Below, piece by piece: positions 1 to 11,285 of a stretch of 64,000 nucleotides of DNA. Both the position numbers and the translations under genes were made by a program. The notes beneath the pieces were generated by a model. The model worked only from the letters and a program-made list of their open reading frames with translations, had not been told where the DNA came from and did not search any database. This stretch comes from Candidatus Omnitrophota bacterium (lineage in GTDB: Bacteria; Omnitrophota; Omnitrophia; Omnitrophales; Aquincolibacteriaceae), in NCBI GenBank assembly GCA_043803685.1, contig JAZDJU010000031.1:32001-96000 (forward strand), given 5' to 3'. How positions within the stretch are numbered: the stretch's first letter is position 1; each line of letters begins with the position of its first letter.

Positions 1-202
1 GACTACAGACTTGAGTACTTGCTCTTGAAAGCAATTACGCCTGCCCCCAAATCCAACCTCCCGGATTAGAAGGGGTCGTGTAGCTGAAATAAAGTCTCTC
101 TTCCATCCAACACGCTTTAACTAGCAATTTCTAGCATTCTAACTTTTTACTTTATTGCATATTTAGGTTGATTTTAATGGAACTTTATGATACCTTATCC
201 GC

Positions 203-727
203 ATGAAAAAGATGGCCCCGCTCAACCTCAACGCAATCGCATCCGGGATCTATCTGATCCGAGGCAAAAAAGTGATGCTTGACCGAGATCTCGCGGTTCT
301 TTACGGGGTCAGCACAAAACATCTTAAGAGACAAGTCCGGAGGAACCGCAACAGATTTCCCGAAGATTTTATGTTCGAACTTTCGGACGAGGAGACCCGA
401 ATTTGGAGGCGCCAATTTGGCACCTCCAATTTGAAAGACAAGATGGGACTTCGGTATTCCCCCTTCGCTTTCACAGAGCACGGCATCCTGATGCTCTCTA
501 GCGTTCTGAACAGTGAGAAAGCCGCCCAGATCAACATCGCCATTATGCGTGTTTTTTTACGGCTCCGGGAAATGATCATGACAAACAGCGCCCTTGCTCT
601 TCGCCTTGAGAGAGTCGACAGGACTGTCGAGCATCACGACCGGAAGATCCGCGACCTCTACCGGATCGTGACGAGATTTTCCGCAACAGAGAAAAAAGCC
701 AAAGGCCCCATCGGTTTTCAGCCATAG
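203..727 (+). CDS. ORF6N (KilA-N-like) domain DNA-binding protein
   Basis: IYLIRGKKVMLDRDLAVLYGV, RNRNRFPEDFMFEL and AFTEHGILMLSSVLNS motifs; GPIGF C-terminus. Confidence 0.9.
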   Translation: MKKMAPLNLNAIASGIYLIRGKKVMLDRDLAVLYGVSTKHLKRQVRRNRNRFPEDFMFELSDEETRIWRRQFGTSNLKDKMGLRYSPFAFTEHGILMLSSVLNSEKAAQINIAIMRVFLRLREMIMTNSALALRLERVDRTVEHHDRKIRDLYRIVTRFSATEKKAKGPIGFQP

Positions 728-896
728 AAAAGCTTCCAGCTACTCAGAGCTATTGCTATTTGGCTATTGGCCGCAGCTCACTATTTACCTTGTGTCGCAA
801 CCCGTGCATTTTTTACACAGATTGACTCCCGATACAATTTACCTATGAAACCGAGTCTAGTTTGCAGTCTGTTGTCTGCGGTCTGAGGTCTGGGGC

Positions 897-3026
<2,130 letters not shown>

Positions 3027-3040
3027 TTACTTTCGCTTCA

Positions 3041-3308
3041 TGGAGAAAACTGCATGTCTCCCGAACACTCGAAATTCCCCAGCGATGAATTTCTCGCTCG
3101 CGCACTCATCTCCGCTCGACCGGGAGACTTCGCAAGAGCCAGCTCTCGGAGCGCTTCAAGCCTGGTCCCGCAACAGCGGGTCGAAGCGCGAGAGCGCAGG
3201 CGGTCGTCATTCGCTGGAGATGACGAACCGCCGTTGGCGAAGGTGAAGTCTCCCGGCCACCTTGCCCGCTTCGCCTCGTGAGCGTCGCTCGACATGCGGT
3301 TTTCTCCA
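3041..3308. repeat. 268-bp intergenic element with 18-bp terminal inverted repeats and nested stems
   Basis: tggagaaaactgcatgtc (3041-3058) pairs with gacatgcggttttctcca (3291-3308); inner stem 3118-3133/3243-3258. Confidence 0.7.
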
Positions 3309-3329
3309 CCGCCTCGCGCTCCTCAACCG

Positions 3330-4052
3330 CTATGAAACCAACCGCTCCGCCAAAAACGGCGGCAGTCCCGCGGCGCGTATTTTCGCGGCCGCCTTCTTAT
3401 TATCATAAGGGAGACGGACGATTTCAAATGTTAATTCATCCGGGTCAAAGATCCCGAACGAAAGACGCAGGTCCCGGTCCCGGGGCTGGCCGATACTTCC
3501 CGGATTGAAAATGTAGCGCGTCCCCTTTTTCAGCTCGTGAACGCCTTCCTTCAGGTAAATGCCCTTCTCTTCTTTTCCGGTGAACATACAGGGAATGTGC
3601 GAATGCCCGACGAAACCGAATTTGCCCTGAAAGGCCATGAATGATTTCCAGGCGTCCTCGGGCTCCAGAAGATAGTCAAAACGCTCCGGACTGTGGAGCG
3701 TCCCGTGGGCCAGGGCGATCTCCCCTTCCACTTTGAGATAGGTCAGGGCTTTGAGCTTTTCGACAAGCTCCGGGCGAAGCTTCTTAGCGGTCCATTGGAT
3801 CGCGGTGCGGGCCCAGCTCGTAAAGGTCAACATGATCTTGGGATGGATCAACGCCGCTTCGTGGTTCCCGAGAATATGGTGTTCCGCGTTCGCGAGCGCC
3901 CACTCGAGACATTCATTCGGATCGGTGCCGTAGCCGATGGAATCCCCGAGGACCAGAAAGCGGGACAGCCCGCGCTTTTCGGCGCACTCGCGCGCCACTT
4001 GAAGCGCCTCCAGATTTCCGTGAATGTCCGCAAAGACTGCGTAGGGCATCAT
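3330..4052 (-). CDS. Calcineurin-like metallophosphoesterase
   Basis: DIHGN, GDSIGYG, GNHE, GHSH and NPGSIGQPRD motifs. Confidence 0.92.
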   Translation of the reverse strand: MMPYAVFADIHGNLEALQVARECAEKRGLSRFLVLGDSIGYGTDPNECLEWALANAEHHILGNHEAALIHPKIMLTFTSWARTAIQWTAKKLRPELVEKLKALTYLKVEGEIALAHGTLHSPERFDYLLEPEDAWKSFMAFQGKFGFVGHSHIPCMFTGKEEKGIYLKEGVHELKKGTRYIFNPGSIGQPRDRDLRLSFGIFDPDELTFEIVRLPYDNKKAAAKIRAAGLPPFLAERLVS

Positions 4053-4145
4053 GTTCCCAAAGTTTATTCTATTGTGGGGCTCCCCCTTCCAAGACCGGGT
4101 TCTAGAACCGGGTCTTAGAAGGGTATGAGCCTTTAAATCAGCGAA

Positions 4146-4418
4146 CTAATACGCGATCCTGAAACCCTTGAAGGTGCCATGCGCGTCCGACCAATGAGCC
4201 TCGACATCCTGAATGTACTGTTTCATCCCCGACTCCCGGATCGCCGTGAGAAACTCGACTAGCACCGTTTCCTCACCTTCAGCCACGACCTCCACGCGCC
4301 CGTCGTCCAGGTTACGCACAAAACCCGTCACGGAAAAACGCCGCGCCAAACGTTCGGCGGTAAACCGGAACCCGACGCCCTGCACAGTCCCGCTGAAAAA
4401 GATCTGCATGTTTTTCAT
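4146..4418 (-). CDS. acyP: Acylphosphatase
   Basis: GTVQGVGFR and GFVRNLDDGRVEVVAEG signatures; start moved to the ATG at 4418, which overlaps the upstream stop. Confidence 0.93.
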   Translation of the reverse strand: MKNMQIFFSGTVQGVGFRFTAERLARRFSVTGFVRNLDDGRVEVVAEGEETVLVEFLTAIRESGMKQYIQDVEAHWSDAHGTFKGFRIAY

Positions 4419-4945
4419 GGGGCACGCCGTTTCCACTGTTCGCGGAGCCGGAACCCCACGACCCCGAAGGCGACCGCGACATTCAGGGAATTTTTGAGCC
4501 CCGACATTTCGATCTCGATCGTTTTGTCGCACAAAGACAGAAGCTCGTCGGAAACGCCAGCCACTTCATTGCCGAGCACAAGACAAACCTTCGGAGCGGG
4601 CTCGTAATCCTGATAAGGAATGCTTCCGGTGATCTGCTCAAGAAAAACAATTTGGTACCCTTGGGCCTTGAGCTCGCGCACGACGGAGCAGGCATCCTCA
4701 CGGTACTCCCACGGCACTTCTTTTTCGGCGCCGAGCGCGGTCTTCGTGATCTGCGTGTCCGGTGGAAATCCCGTAATGCCACAAACCCAGATCTTTTCCA
4801 CGCCAATGCCGTCCGCGGTCCTGAAGATCGAACCTACGTTGTAAAGACTCCGGATATCATTGAGCAGAACCGAGAACGGAAGTTTGGGGTCCCCGCGTTT
4901 TTCTTTCTGACGCTCGAGGAGTTCGGGATGGGTTAATTTTCTCAT
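4415..4945 (-). CDS. SpoU/TrmH family RNA methyltransferase
   Basis: NVGSIFRTAD, LVLGNEVAG and SLNVAVA SPOUT motifs; start at MRKLTH. Confidence 0.92.
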   Translation of the reverse strand: MRKLTHPELLERQKEKRGDPKLPFSVLLNDIRSLYNVGSIFRTADGIGVEKIWVCGITGFPPDTQITKTALGAEKEVPWEYREDACSVVRELKAQGYQIVFLEQITGSIPYQDYEPAPKVCLVLGNEVAGVSDELLSLCDKTIEIEMSGLKNSLNVAVAFGVVGFRLREQWKRRAP

Positions 4946-4955
4946 GGTGAGGGCG

Positions 4956-5732
4956 CTACGCCTTGGGAGGCGCGTTGTCCCAGGCGAGGTGGCGGCGATA
5001 GCCCAAGTGATACACCCATTCGGGCACACGGCTCACAAGCCCCATGAGAGGCTTCCACCAGAACGGCACATACGCGACCTTCTTCCCTTTTTGGATAGCC
5101 TCGAAAATATCCTCGGCGGCTTTTTCGGGAGAAATGACACCAAACAGGCCCTTGCGCCCACGGACCATGTCCGTGTCAACGAACCCGGGTCGGATATCAA
5201 TGACCTGGACAGCGGTATTCGAGAATTTTCGCCGGAGACCTTCCATGTAATTGGAAACGAACGCCTTCGAGGCATTATAAGCCGGAGAGCGCCCGCTCCC
5301 GCGATGAGCGGCCACTGATGAAATACCGACGATGCAACCCGAGCCTTTTTTCTGAAAATAATCGGCGGCCACGTTCGCCGCGGCGGCAAAGCCGAGCGCG
5401 TTCACCTGGATCATCTCTTCCTCAAAGCTCCACTGGAGTTTCTCGTTCCGGAAAAGCACACCGGCATTGATCACCATAAGATCCAAGTCCCACATACCCA
5501 TGATCACGTTCCGGAGACTGTGGATCGCCTCGCTCGCGTTCCGGAGATCGACCACCCGTGCCAGACTTTTCCCGGGAAGTTCTTTCTGGAGTTCCTGCAG
5601 TTTCTCAAGCGACCGCCCGGTCAACGCGACAAAATAACCTTCCGCGGACAGTTTTTTGGCCAACGCACGGCCGATCCCAGTGCTACAACCGACCACAATC
5701 GCTTTTTTTTGAGGCGGATCTTTCCGTGACAT
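4956..5732 (-). CDS. SDR family oxidoreductase (copy A)
   Basis: GCSTGIG, INAG, YNASK (YxxxK) and IRPGFVDT motifs. Confidence 0.93.
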   Translation of the reverse strand: MSRKDPPQKKAIVVGCSTGIGRALAKKLSAEGYFVALTGRSLEKLQELQKELPGKSLARVVDLRNASEAIHSLRNVIMGMWDLDLMVINAGVLFRNEKLQWSFEEEMIQVNALGFAAAANVAADYFQKKGSGCIVGISSVAAHRGSGRSPAYNASKAFVSNYMEGLRRKFSNTAVQVIDIRPGFVDTDMVRGRKGLFGVISPEKAAEDIFEAIQKGKKVAYVPFWWKPLMGLVSRVPEWVYHLGYRRHLAWDNAPPKA

Positions 5733-5837
5733 ATGAAATCCCTATGTGCAAAATTCGAGCATGATCAGAAAAAAGCGCAACCCATCGGAAGGCCGCGCCT
5801 TTTCGGCTTCGCGTTGCTGCTCCGTGGCTTCTTTTCC

Positions 5838-6056
5838 AACGCCGAGCGCGGTCTTCGTGATCTGCATGTCCGGTGGAAATCCCGAAACCCTACAAACCTA
5901 GATCTTTTTCACGCCAATGCCGTCCGCGGTCCTGAAGATCGAGCCTACGCTGTAAAGACTCCGGATATCATTGAGAAGGACCGAGAACGGAAGTTTGGGG
6001 TCCCCGCGTTTTTCTTTCTGACGCTCGAGGAGTTCGGGATGGGTTAATTTTCTCAT
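5838..6056 (-). pseudogene. Truncated duplicate of the TrmH-family gene (5' part only)
   Basis: Near-identical to 4727-4945, with TGG changed to TAG at 5898-5900 and the 3' half missing. Confidence 0.88.
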
Positions 6057-6066
6057 GGTGAGAGCG

Positions 6067-6843
6067 CTACGCCTTAGAAGACGCGTTGTCCCAAGCGAGG
6101 TGGCGGCGATAGCCCCAGCGATCCACACACTTCGGAACCCGGATCAGAAGCCACAAGAGAGGCTTCCACCAGGACGGCACATACGCGATCCTTTTCTTCT
6201 TCTGAATAGCCTTGAAGATATCCTCGGCGGCTTTCTCCGGAGAAATGATCCCAAAGAGACCTTTGCGCCCACGGACCATGTCCGTGTCAACGAACCCGGG
6301 ACGGATATCAATGACCTGGACAGCGGTGTTCGAGAATTTCTGCCGGAGACCTTCCATGTAATTGGAAACGAACGCCTTCGAGGCGTTGTAAGCCGGAGAG
6401 CGCCCGCTCCCGCGGTGGGACGCCACCGACGAGATCCCCACAAGACAGCCGGAGCCTTTCTTCTGAAAATAATCAGCGGCCACGTTCGCCGCGGCGGCAA
6501 AACCGAGCGCGTTCACCTGGATCATCTCTTCCTCAAAGCTCCACTGGAGTTTCTCGTTCCGGAAAAGCACACCGGCATTAATGATCATCAGGTCCAGGTC
6601 CCACATACCCATGATCACGTTCCGGAGACTGTGGATCGCCTCACTCGCGTTCCGGAGATCGACCACCCGTGCCAGACTTTTCCCGGGAAGTTCTTTCTGG
6701 AGTTCCTGCAGTTTCTCAAGCGACCGCCCGGTCAACGCGACAAAATAACCTTCCGCGGACAGTTTCTTGGCCAACGCACGACCGATCCCGGTGCTACAAC
6801 CGACCACGATCGCTTTTTTCTGAGGAGGATCTTTCTGCGGCAT
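6067..6843 (-). CDS. SDR family oxidoreductase (copy B)
   Basis: Same length as copy A and mostly identical, with divergence concentrated at the C-terminus. Confidence 0.93.
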   Translation of the reverse strand: MPQKDPPQKKAIVVGCSTGIGRALAKKLSAEGYFVALTGRSLEKLQELQKELPGKSLARVVDLRNASEAIHSLRNVIMGMWDLDLMIINAGVLFRNEKLQWSFEEEMIQVNALGFAAAANVAADYFQKKGSGCLVGISSVASHRGSGRSPAYNASKAFVSNYMEGLRQKFSNTAVQVIDIRPGFVDTDMVRGRKGLFGIISPEKAAEDIFKAIQKKKRIAYVPSWWKPLLWLLIRVPKCVDRWGYRRHLAWDNASSKA

Positions 6844-6873
6844 ATCAAATCTCTATGTGCAAAATTCGAACAT

Positions 6874-6921
6874 CATCAAAAAAAAGGCGCAGCCCGCGAG
6901 AAGGCTGCGCCTTTTTTGATG
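6874..6921. terminator. Intrinsic terminator-like hairpin
   Basis: aaaaaggcgcagcc/ggctgcgccttttt stem with A and T tracts, just downstream of 6927..7607. Confidence 0.8.
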
Positions 6922-6926
6922 CGTGC

Positions 6927-7607
6927 TTATTGGGCCGCGGCCTTTTGAGCTTTTCGGGCCTGCTTTGCGGCTTCCCGGCTCGCCTTTTCGGCTTCGCGTT
7001 GCTTTTTCTTGGCTTCTTTCTCAGCCTCGCGCTGTTTCTTCTTGGCTTCTCTTTCCGTCTCACGCTGCTTCTGCTTGGCCTCCTTCTCAAGTTCTCGCTG
7101 TTTCTTCCTGGATTCCCGTTCAAGCTCGCGCTGCGTTTTCTCAGCATCGCGCGCGGCCTTCAACTTTTGCTTCTCAGCTTCTCTCTCGGCTTTAAGTTTT
7201 TCCTTTTCAACATCTTTTCCGCCATCGAGCTTCTTCTCGGCCTTTCGAGCTTCGCGCTCGATTTCCCGTTCGGCTTTGCGAATCTCATTGCCTGTTTTCC
7301 GCGCGCCCTTTTCAGTCTCTTCCTTCACCTCTCGACCAGCCTTACGCATTTCACCTTCGACCTTGCGGGCGTCTTTGATGATCTCCTGCTGGGTCCCTTT
7401 GACGGTCTTCTCTGACATCAGCTCTTTGCCCGTCTTGCCCTTGGCTTCCAACCCTGGAGGAACATTCCCGGTCCAACCCTTCTTTTCCCCTTGAGTCCAA
7501 CCTTTGGGATCCGTGCTTTCTTTCTCTGCAAACGCCACGCTACCGTTCAGGCTAAGGCCTGCGATCAACGCACAAACGCACGTCAACTTCAGAATGCTGA
7601 TTTTCAT
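6927..7607 (-). CDS. Secreted Lys/Glu/Arg-rich coiled-coil repeat protein
   Basis: Signal peptide ending AFA, a GEKKGW...PPGL motif and 11-aa KKQREAEKEAK repeats. Confidence 0.75.
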   Translation of the reverse strand: MKISILKLTCVCALIAGLSLNGSVAFAEKESTDPKGWTQGEKKGWTGNVPPGLEAKGKTGKELMSEKTVKGTQQEIIKDARKVEGEMRKAGREVKEETEKGARKTGNEIRKAEREIEREARKAEKKLDGGKDVEKEKLKAEREAEKQKLKAARDAEKTQRELERESRKKQRELEKEAKQKQRETEREAKKKQREAEKEAKKKQREAEKASREAAKQARKAQKAAAQ

Positions 7608-7629
7608 GGTCAGTCCCCTTTCGTTGGAG

Positions 7630-7845
7630 TTATTGGATCTGCTGTTTCTGTTTGGATGAACGAAGTTTCAGAAATCGCTCCACGGAGCGGTCGTAGGTTT
7701 TTTCAACAGCGTCCGGAAAATAACAGGCCGGCAGTTGATCCTGGGCCCGGTGGTAAGCCACGCACTCGCAACAAATCCCCTTGCGGGAGCAAGGTTCGTA
7801 CGAGCAATTACAGCGTTTTTTGTTAACTTCGATCTGACATTCCAT
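7630..7845 (-). CDS. Small Cys-rich protein (DUF6485-like)
   Basis: [22 protein letters not shown]...LPACYF...TYDRS pattern. Confidence 0.75.
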   Translation of the reverse strand: MECQIEVNKKRCNCSYEPCSRKGICCECVAYHRAQDQLPACYFPDAVEKTYDRSVERFLKLRSSKQKQQIQ

Positions 7846-7875
7846 CGACAGGGTCACCTCGGATGGAAAAAAGAG

Positions 7876-7986
7876 TCGGGGTAGTAGGATTTGGCTCCTT
7901 CGGCTTTCGCCTCCGGTAGGCCACCCGCCCTTAGAAACGCAACGTCTGTTGCGTTTCCAAGCAAGGGCTCCCTTCAAATCCTACTA
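7876..7986. repeat. tRNA-Pro-linked repeat with direct and inverted copies of the tRNA 3' end
   Basis: 7876-7893 is identical to 8060-8077; 7973-7986 is an inverted copy; internal hairpin gaaacgcaac/gttgcgtttc. Confidence 0.75.
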
Positions 7987-8059
7987 AACCGAAGGGGCAG
8001 GGTTCGCTTTTCGCTTACCCAGTCCCGATACTCCTTAATACTTCTTTTCAAAATAGAAA

Positions 8060-8146
8060 TCGGGGTAGTAGGATTTGAACCTACGGTCTCTACGTCCCGA
8101 ACGTAGCGCGATACCACACCAACTCTCTATGAGTTGGTGCGGCCCG
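8060..8146 (-). tRNA. tRNA-Pro(CGG) with a disrupted 5' acceptor/D region (probable pseudo-tRNA)
   Basis: Intact anticodon arm CTACG-TTCGGGA-CGTAG, T arm GTAGG-TTCAAAT-CCTAC and 3' strand TACCCCGA; the 5' strand stops after CGGG and is followed by a foreign hairpin at 8114-8142. Confidence 0.75.
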
Positions 8147-8188
8147 TCACGCAATTTGAAATTGCTTGCGGGGTCGAAAACGGCGGGG

Positions 8189-8217
8189 ATTATATCACCC
8201 TCACGATGAGTATTCAA
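8189..8217 (-). promoter_or_regulatory. Sigma70-type promoter for tRNA-Pro
   Basis: TTGAAT-N17-TATAAT. Confidence 0.65.
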
Positions 8218-8226
8218 TCAAAGGCG

Positions 8227-9984
8227 TCAGTTATTCTCGATCGCCAGGTCCGCGGTCGCGGCGATCTGCTCGGAGGTTAGGGACGGTACCATTTCTCTTT
8301 GGGGTTGCGTTCCCCGGGTCAAAAGCGCGGCCTCAATGACTTCCTTAAAAACAGGCGCCGCCACGGTCCCTCCATAATAGGCGGGCCTTGCTTCATCGAG
8401 TACGACCACCATCGCGTAGCGAGGATCGTCAGCCGGGGCAAAACCCACGAACGAAGACATGAACGCCGAATGGGAATAGCCTTTTCCTCCCGGGAGGATC
8501 TTCTGCGCGGTACCCGTCTTCCCCCCCACCGGGATGTTAGGGATCTTCGCCTTCGAGCCGGTGCCTCGGTCCACCACTTCCGTCAGGATCCTTCTCATCG
8601 TCGCGGCCGTGGCGGGCGTGATGACCCGACGTTTGACGATGGGTTTCTTTTCTTTAAGCGTCACACCCGCGGGGTCCTGGACCTTGGAAACGATGTAGGG
8701 CTTCACCAATGATCCTCCATTCGCGATGACGGACATGGCGGTCACCATCTGGAGCGCCGTGACCATGACCTCCTGTCCCATCGGAATATTGTAGGGAGAA
8801 GTCTTGGACCACTGGGAAGGCGGGCGCGTGTACCCGGGGGCTTCACCGGCCAAGTCGATACCCGTCGAGGCCCCAAAGCCAAAGCCAGTCACATAATTCT
8901 GGAATTTCTGCGCTCCCATTTTCAGAGCGATCTTCACGGTGCCGATATTGCTCGACTTCACGATCACTTCTTCCATGGGCAGCATGCCATACGGATGCAC
9001 GTCATGAAGCACTTTGTAACCGTAATTCCATTTCCCGTTCTCGCAATTGAACATCGTCTCCGGTGTGACCGTCCCATCGTTCAGCGCGCCGCTGGCCGCC
9101 ACGATCTTGAAGATCGAACCCGGCTCGTACATGTCCGTGACCGCCCGGTTGCGCTTGGCGTCCGCTCCCACATGGGCGTAATGATTGGGATCATACCCAG
9201 GTTGGTTCGCCATGGCCAGGATCTCCCCTGTCTTGGGGTCCATCAGGACCGCCCACGCGGCCTTAGCCTTCCATTGCTTGAAGGCCTTTTCAAGCGCCTT
9301 CTCGGTCAGATATTGAAGATGCTGGTCAATGGTAAGCACAATGCGGTTCCCGTCGACCACCGGCAAACTTTTAATTTCAAACGCCTTGATCTCCCGTCCT
9401 TTGGCATCGCGTTGGGTCACACGTTTCCCAGCACGGCCGCGAAGATCAGTGTCCATGGACCTTTCGATCCCCTCCATGCCCTGATTATCCACGGTCGAAA
9501 ATCCGAGCACCTGGGCCAGCATCGTCCCCTGGGGATAGAACCTTTTGTATTCTTCCAAAATACCCAGCTCCGGGCACTGAAGTTTCGCGATCTTGTCAGC
9601 TTCCTCAAAAGTCACGCGCCGCTTGAGCCACACGAACGACTTGTCCCGGCTCAGACGTTCGAGGACCCATTTCCGGTCAAGACCCAGGATCTTCGCGATG
9701 TCCCGGCTAAGCTCGACGCGCTCCTCGGCCTTCAGAACACGCGGCACCGCATAGATGGACGGGATCTTCAGATTAGTGACGAACTCTTTTCCGTTACGGT
9801 CCGTGATCGGACCGCGCAGCGGCGGCACATCGACCGTCAAATAATGCTGACGGTGCGCCAGGGCGAGAAGCGACGGCTGATGGAACCAGGTCAGTTGAAC
9901 GATCTGATAGATGACCAGACCGAACAAAGTGAACAGAAGAATATAGAGGAACCAGAACCGACGCGGTGAAAGCACCGCGCGCAT
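8227..9984 (-). CDS. ftsI: Class B penicillin-binding protein (FtsI/PBP3)
   Basis: RGPITDRNG, RFYPQG, SIFK (SxxK), SSN and KTGTAQ motifs; dcw context. Confidence 0.92.
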   Translation of the reverse strand: MRAVLSPRRFWFLYILLFTLFGLVIYQIVQLTWFHQPSLLALAHRQHYLTVDVPPLRGPITDRNGKEFVTNLKIPSIYAVPRVLKAEERVELSRDIAKILGLDRKWVLERLSRDKSFVWLKRRVTFEEADKIAKLQCPELGILEEYKRFYPQGTMLAQVLGFSTVDNQGMEGIERSMDTDLRGRAGKRVTQRDAKGREIKAFEIKSLPVVDGNRIVLTIDQHLQYLTEKALEKAFKQWKAKAAWAVLMDPKTGEILAMANQPGYDPNHYAHVGADAKRNRAVTDMYEPGSIFKIVAASGALNDGTVTPETMFNCENGKWNYGYKVLHDVHPYGMLPMEEVIVKSSNIGTVKIALKMGAQKFQNYVTGFGFGASTGIDLAGEAPGYTRPPSQWSKTSPYNIPMGQEVMVTALQMVTAMSVIANGGSLVKPYIVSKVQDPAGVTLKEKKPIVKRRVITPATAATMRRILTEVVDRGTGSKAKIPNIPVGGKTGTAQKILPGGKGYSHSAFMSSFVGFAPADDPRYAMVVVLDEARPAYYGGTVAAPVFKEVIEAALLTRGTQPQREMVPSLTSEQIAATADLAIENN

Positions 9985-9987
9985 TTT

Positions 9988-10380
9988 TTAGGAGGAAAGA
10001 TCGGTCTTGGCCTGGGCCGTTTGGATCCACCGGCCAAGGAAACTGGAAACCTCGGAGGACAAAGTCCGCGACACCTTTTGCGTGGGTGCCGCGGAAAGCA
10101 TGATCCCCGAGACCGGAGGGACTTCCACGATCTGCACCTTGTTGGGGATCGCAAGCTCCATGTCATGGCGTTTCATTTTGGCTTCAAGAAGGCGGGGGGC
10201 TCTCAACTGATCGACCTTGAACTGGAATTTTCTTAAAAGCTCCTCTTTGGCGGCAAGGGCGCGGGAACTTCTGTGGATGTCGATGGAGACAAGCACCGAG
10301 GCGATCTGCAGATGCACATAAAAAAGCATCGAGAGGGTGAAGACCGCGATAAGGATGAGGATTTTTCCGCTACCCTTCAT
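9988..10380 (-). CDS. FtsL-like cell division protein
   Basis: Single transmembrane helix plus coiled coil; lies between rsmH and ftsI. Confidence 0.65.
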   Translation of the reverse strand: MKGSGKILILIAVFTLSMLFYVHLQIASVLVSIDIHRSSRALAAKEELLRKFQFKVDQLRAPRLLEAKMKRHDMELAIPNKVQIVEVPPVSGIMLSAAPTQKVSRTLSSEVSSFLGRWIQTAQAKTDLSS

Positions 10381-11285
10381 GATATTTTTTCGATCACTCT
10401 CAGTTTGGCGCTTCTGGCTCTCGGATTATTCAATATTTCCGTACGATTTGCAACCACGGGTTTGCGAAAAACAAGATTGCCGAGCTCTTCATCGTCCCAC
10501 TTCCGGAATTGCTGCTTGACGATCCGGTCCTCGATCGAATGAAAGCTGATGATCCCAAGCCGTCCGCCCTTCCCAAGGTGATCGAACGCAGCGGCCGCGC
10601 CTTCCTTCAGCGCTTCCAGCTCGTCGTTCACGCCGATCCTGAGAGCTTGGTACACTTTGGTGGCGGGATTCCGCCTCGCCCACGAAGGACGATGCCCTTT
10701 TTTGAAACGCAAGTGAGCCGGCAGTGCCTCTTCCAAGGTCTGGTTGAGGTCTTCGATCGTACGGATAGGCCGCTGGCGCCGCGCTTCGACGATCACCCGG
10801 GCAAAACGCCGTGAATGGTGTTCTTCGCCGTAATGATAGAAAAGATCCGCGAGCGCGACCTCGGACATCTGCGCTATCAGCTCTGAAGCTTTCAGACCGA
10901 CTTCCGGGTTCATTCGCATATCCAAGTCTCCGTCTGTTTGGAAACTGAAACCGCGCTTCCCATCCGCTAACTGCTCCGACGAGGTCCCGATATCCAGAAG
11001 CACCGTGTCGAACGCTGTGACTCCCAACCCCGAAAAAACCTTATTCAAATTCCTGAAGTTCTCGTGGACCAAGGTGACCCGCGGATCCTCCTGGAATAAT
11101 TTCTGACATCGCGCGATCGCCTCAGGGTCCTGATCGAAACCGACCAACTTCCCCGAAGGACCGATCACTTTGAGGATCGCTTCCGAATGCCCCCCGCTCC
11201 CGAGGGTCCCGTCCATGACCACCGCCCCCGGCTTAAAGGCCAGATGCTCGAGGACTTCCTGTAAAAGAACAGGGTTATGCCGCAA
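10377..11285 (-). CDS. rsmH: 16S rRNA m4C1402 methyltransferase
   Basis: HNPVLL, DGTLGSGGHS, LDMRM, ISFHSIEDRIVK and NPRARSAKLR motifs; start uncertain (TTG at 11285 or 11324). Confidence 0.96.
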   Translation of the reverse strand: MRHNPVLLQEVLEHLAFKPGAVVMDGTLGSGGHSEAILKVIGPSGKLVGFDQDPEAIARCQKLFQEDPRVTLVHENFRNLNKVFSGLGVTAFDTVLLDIGTSSEQLADGKRGFSFQTDGDLDMRMNPEVGLKASELIAQMSEVALADLFYHYGEEHHSRRFARVIVEARRQRPIRTIEDLNQTLEEALPAHLRFKKGHRPSWARRNPATKVYQALRIGVNDELEALKEGAAAAFDHLGKGGRLGIISFHSIEDRIVKQQFRKWDDEELGNLVFRKPVVANRTEILNNPRARSAKLRVIEKIS

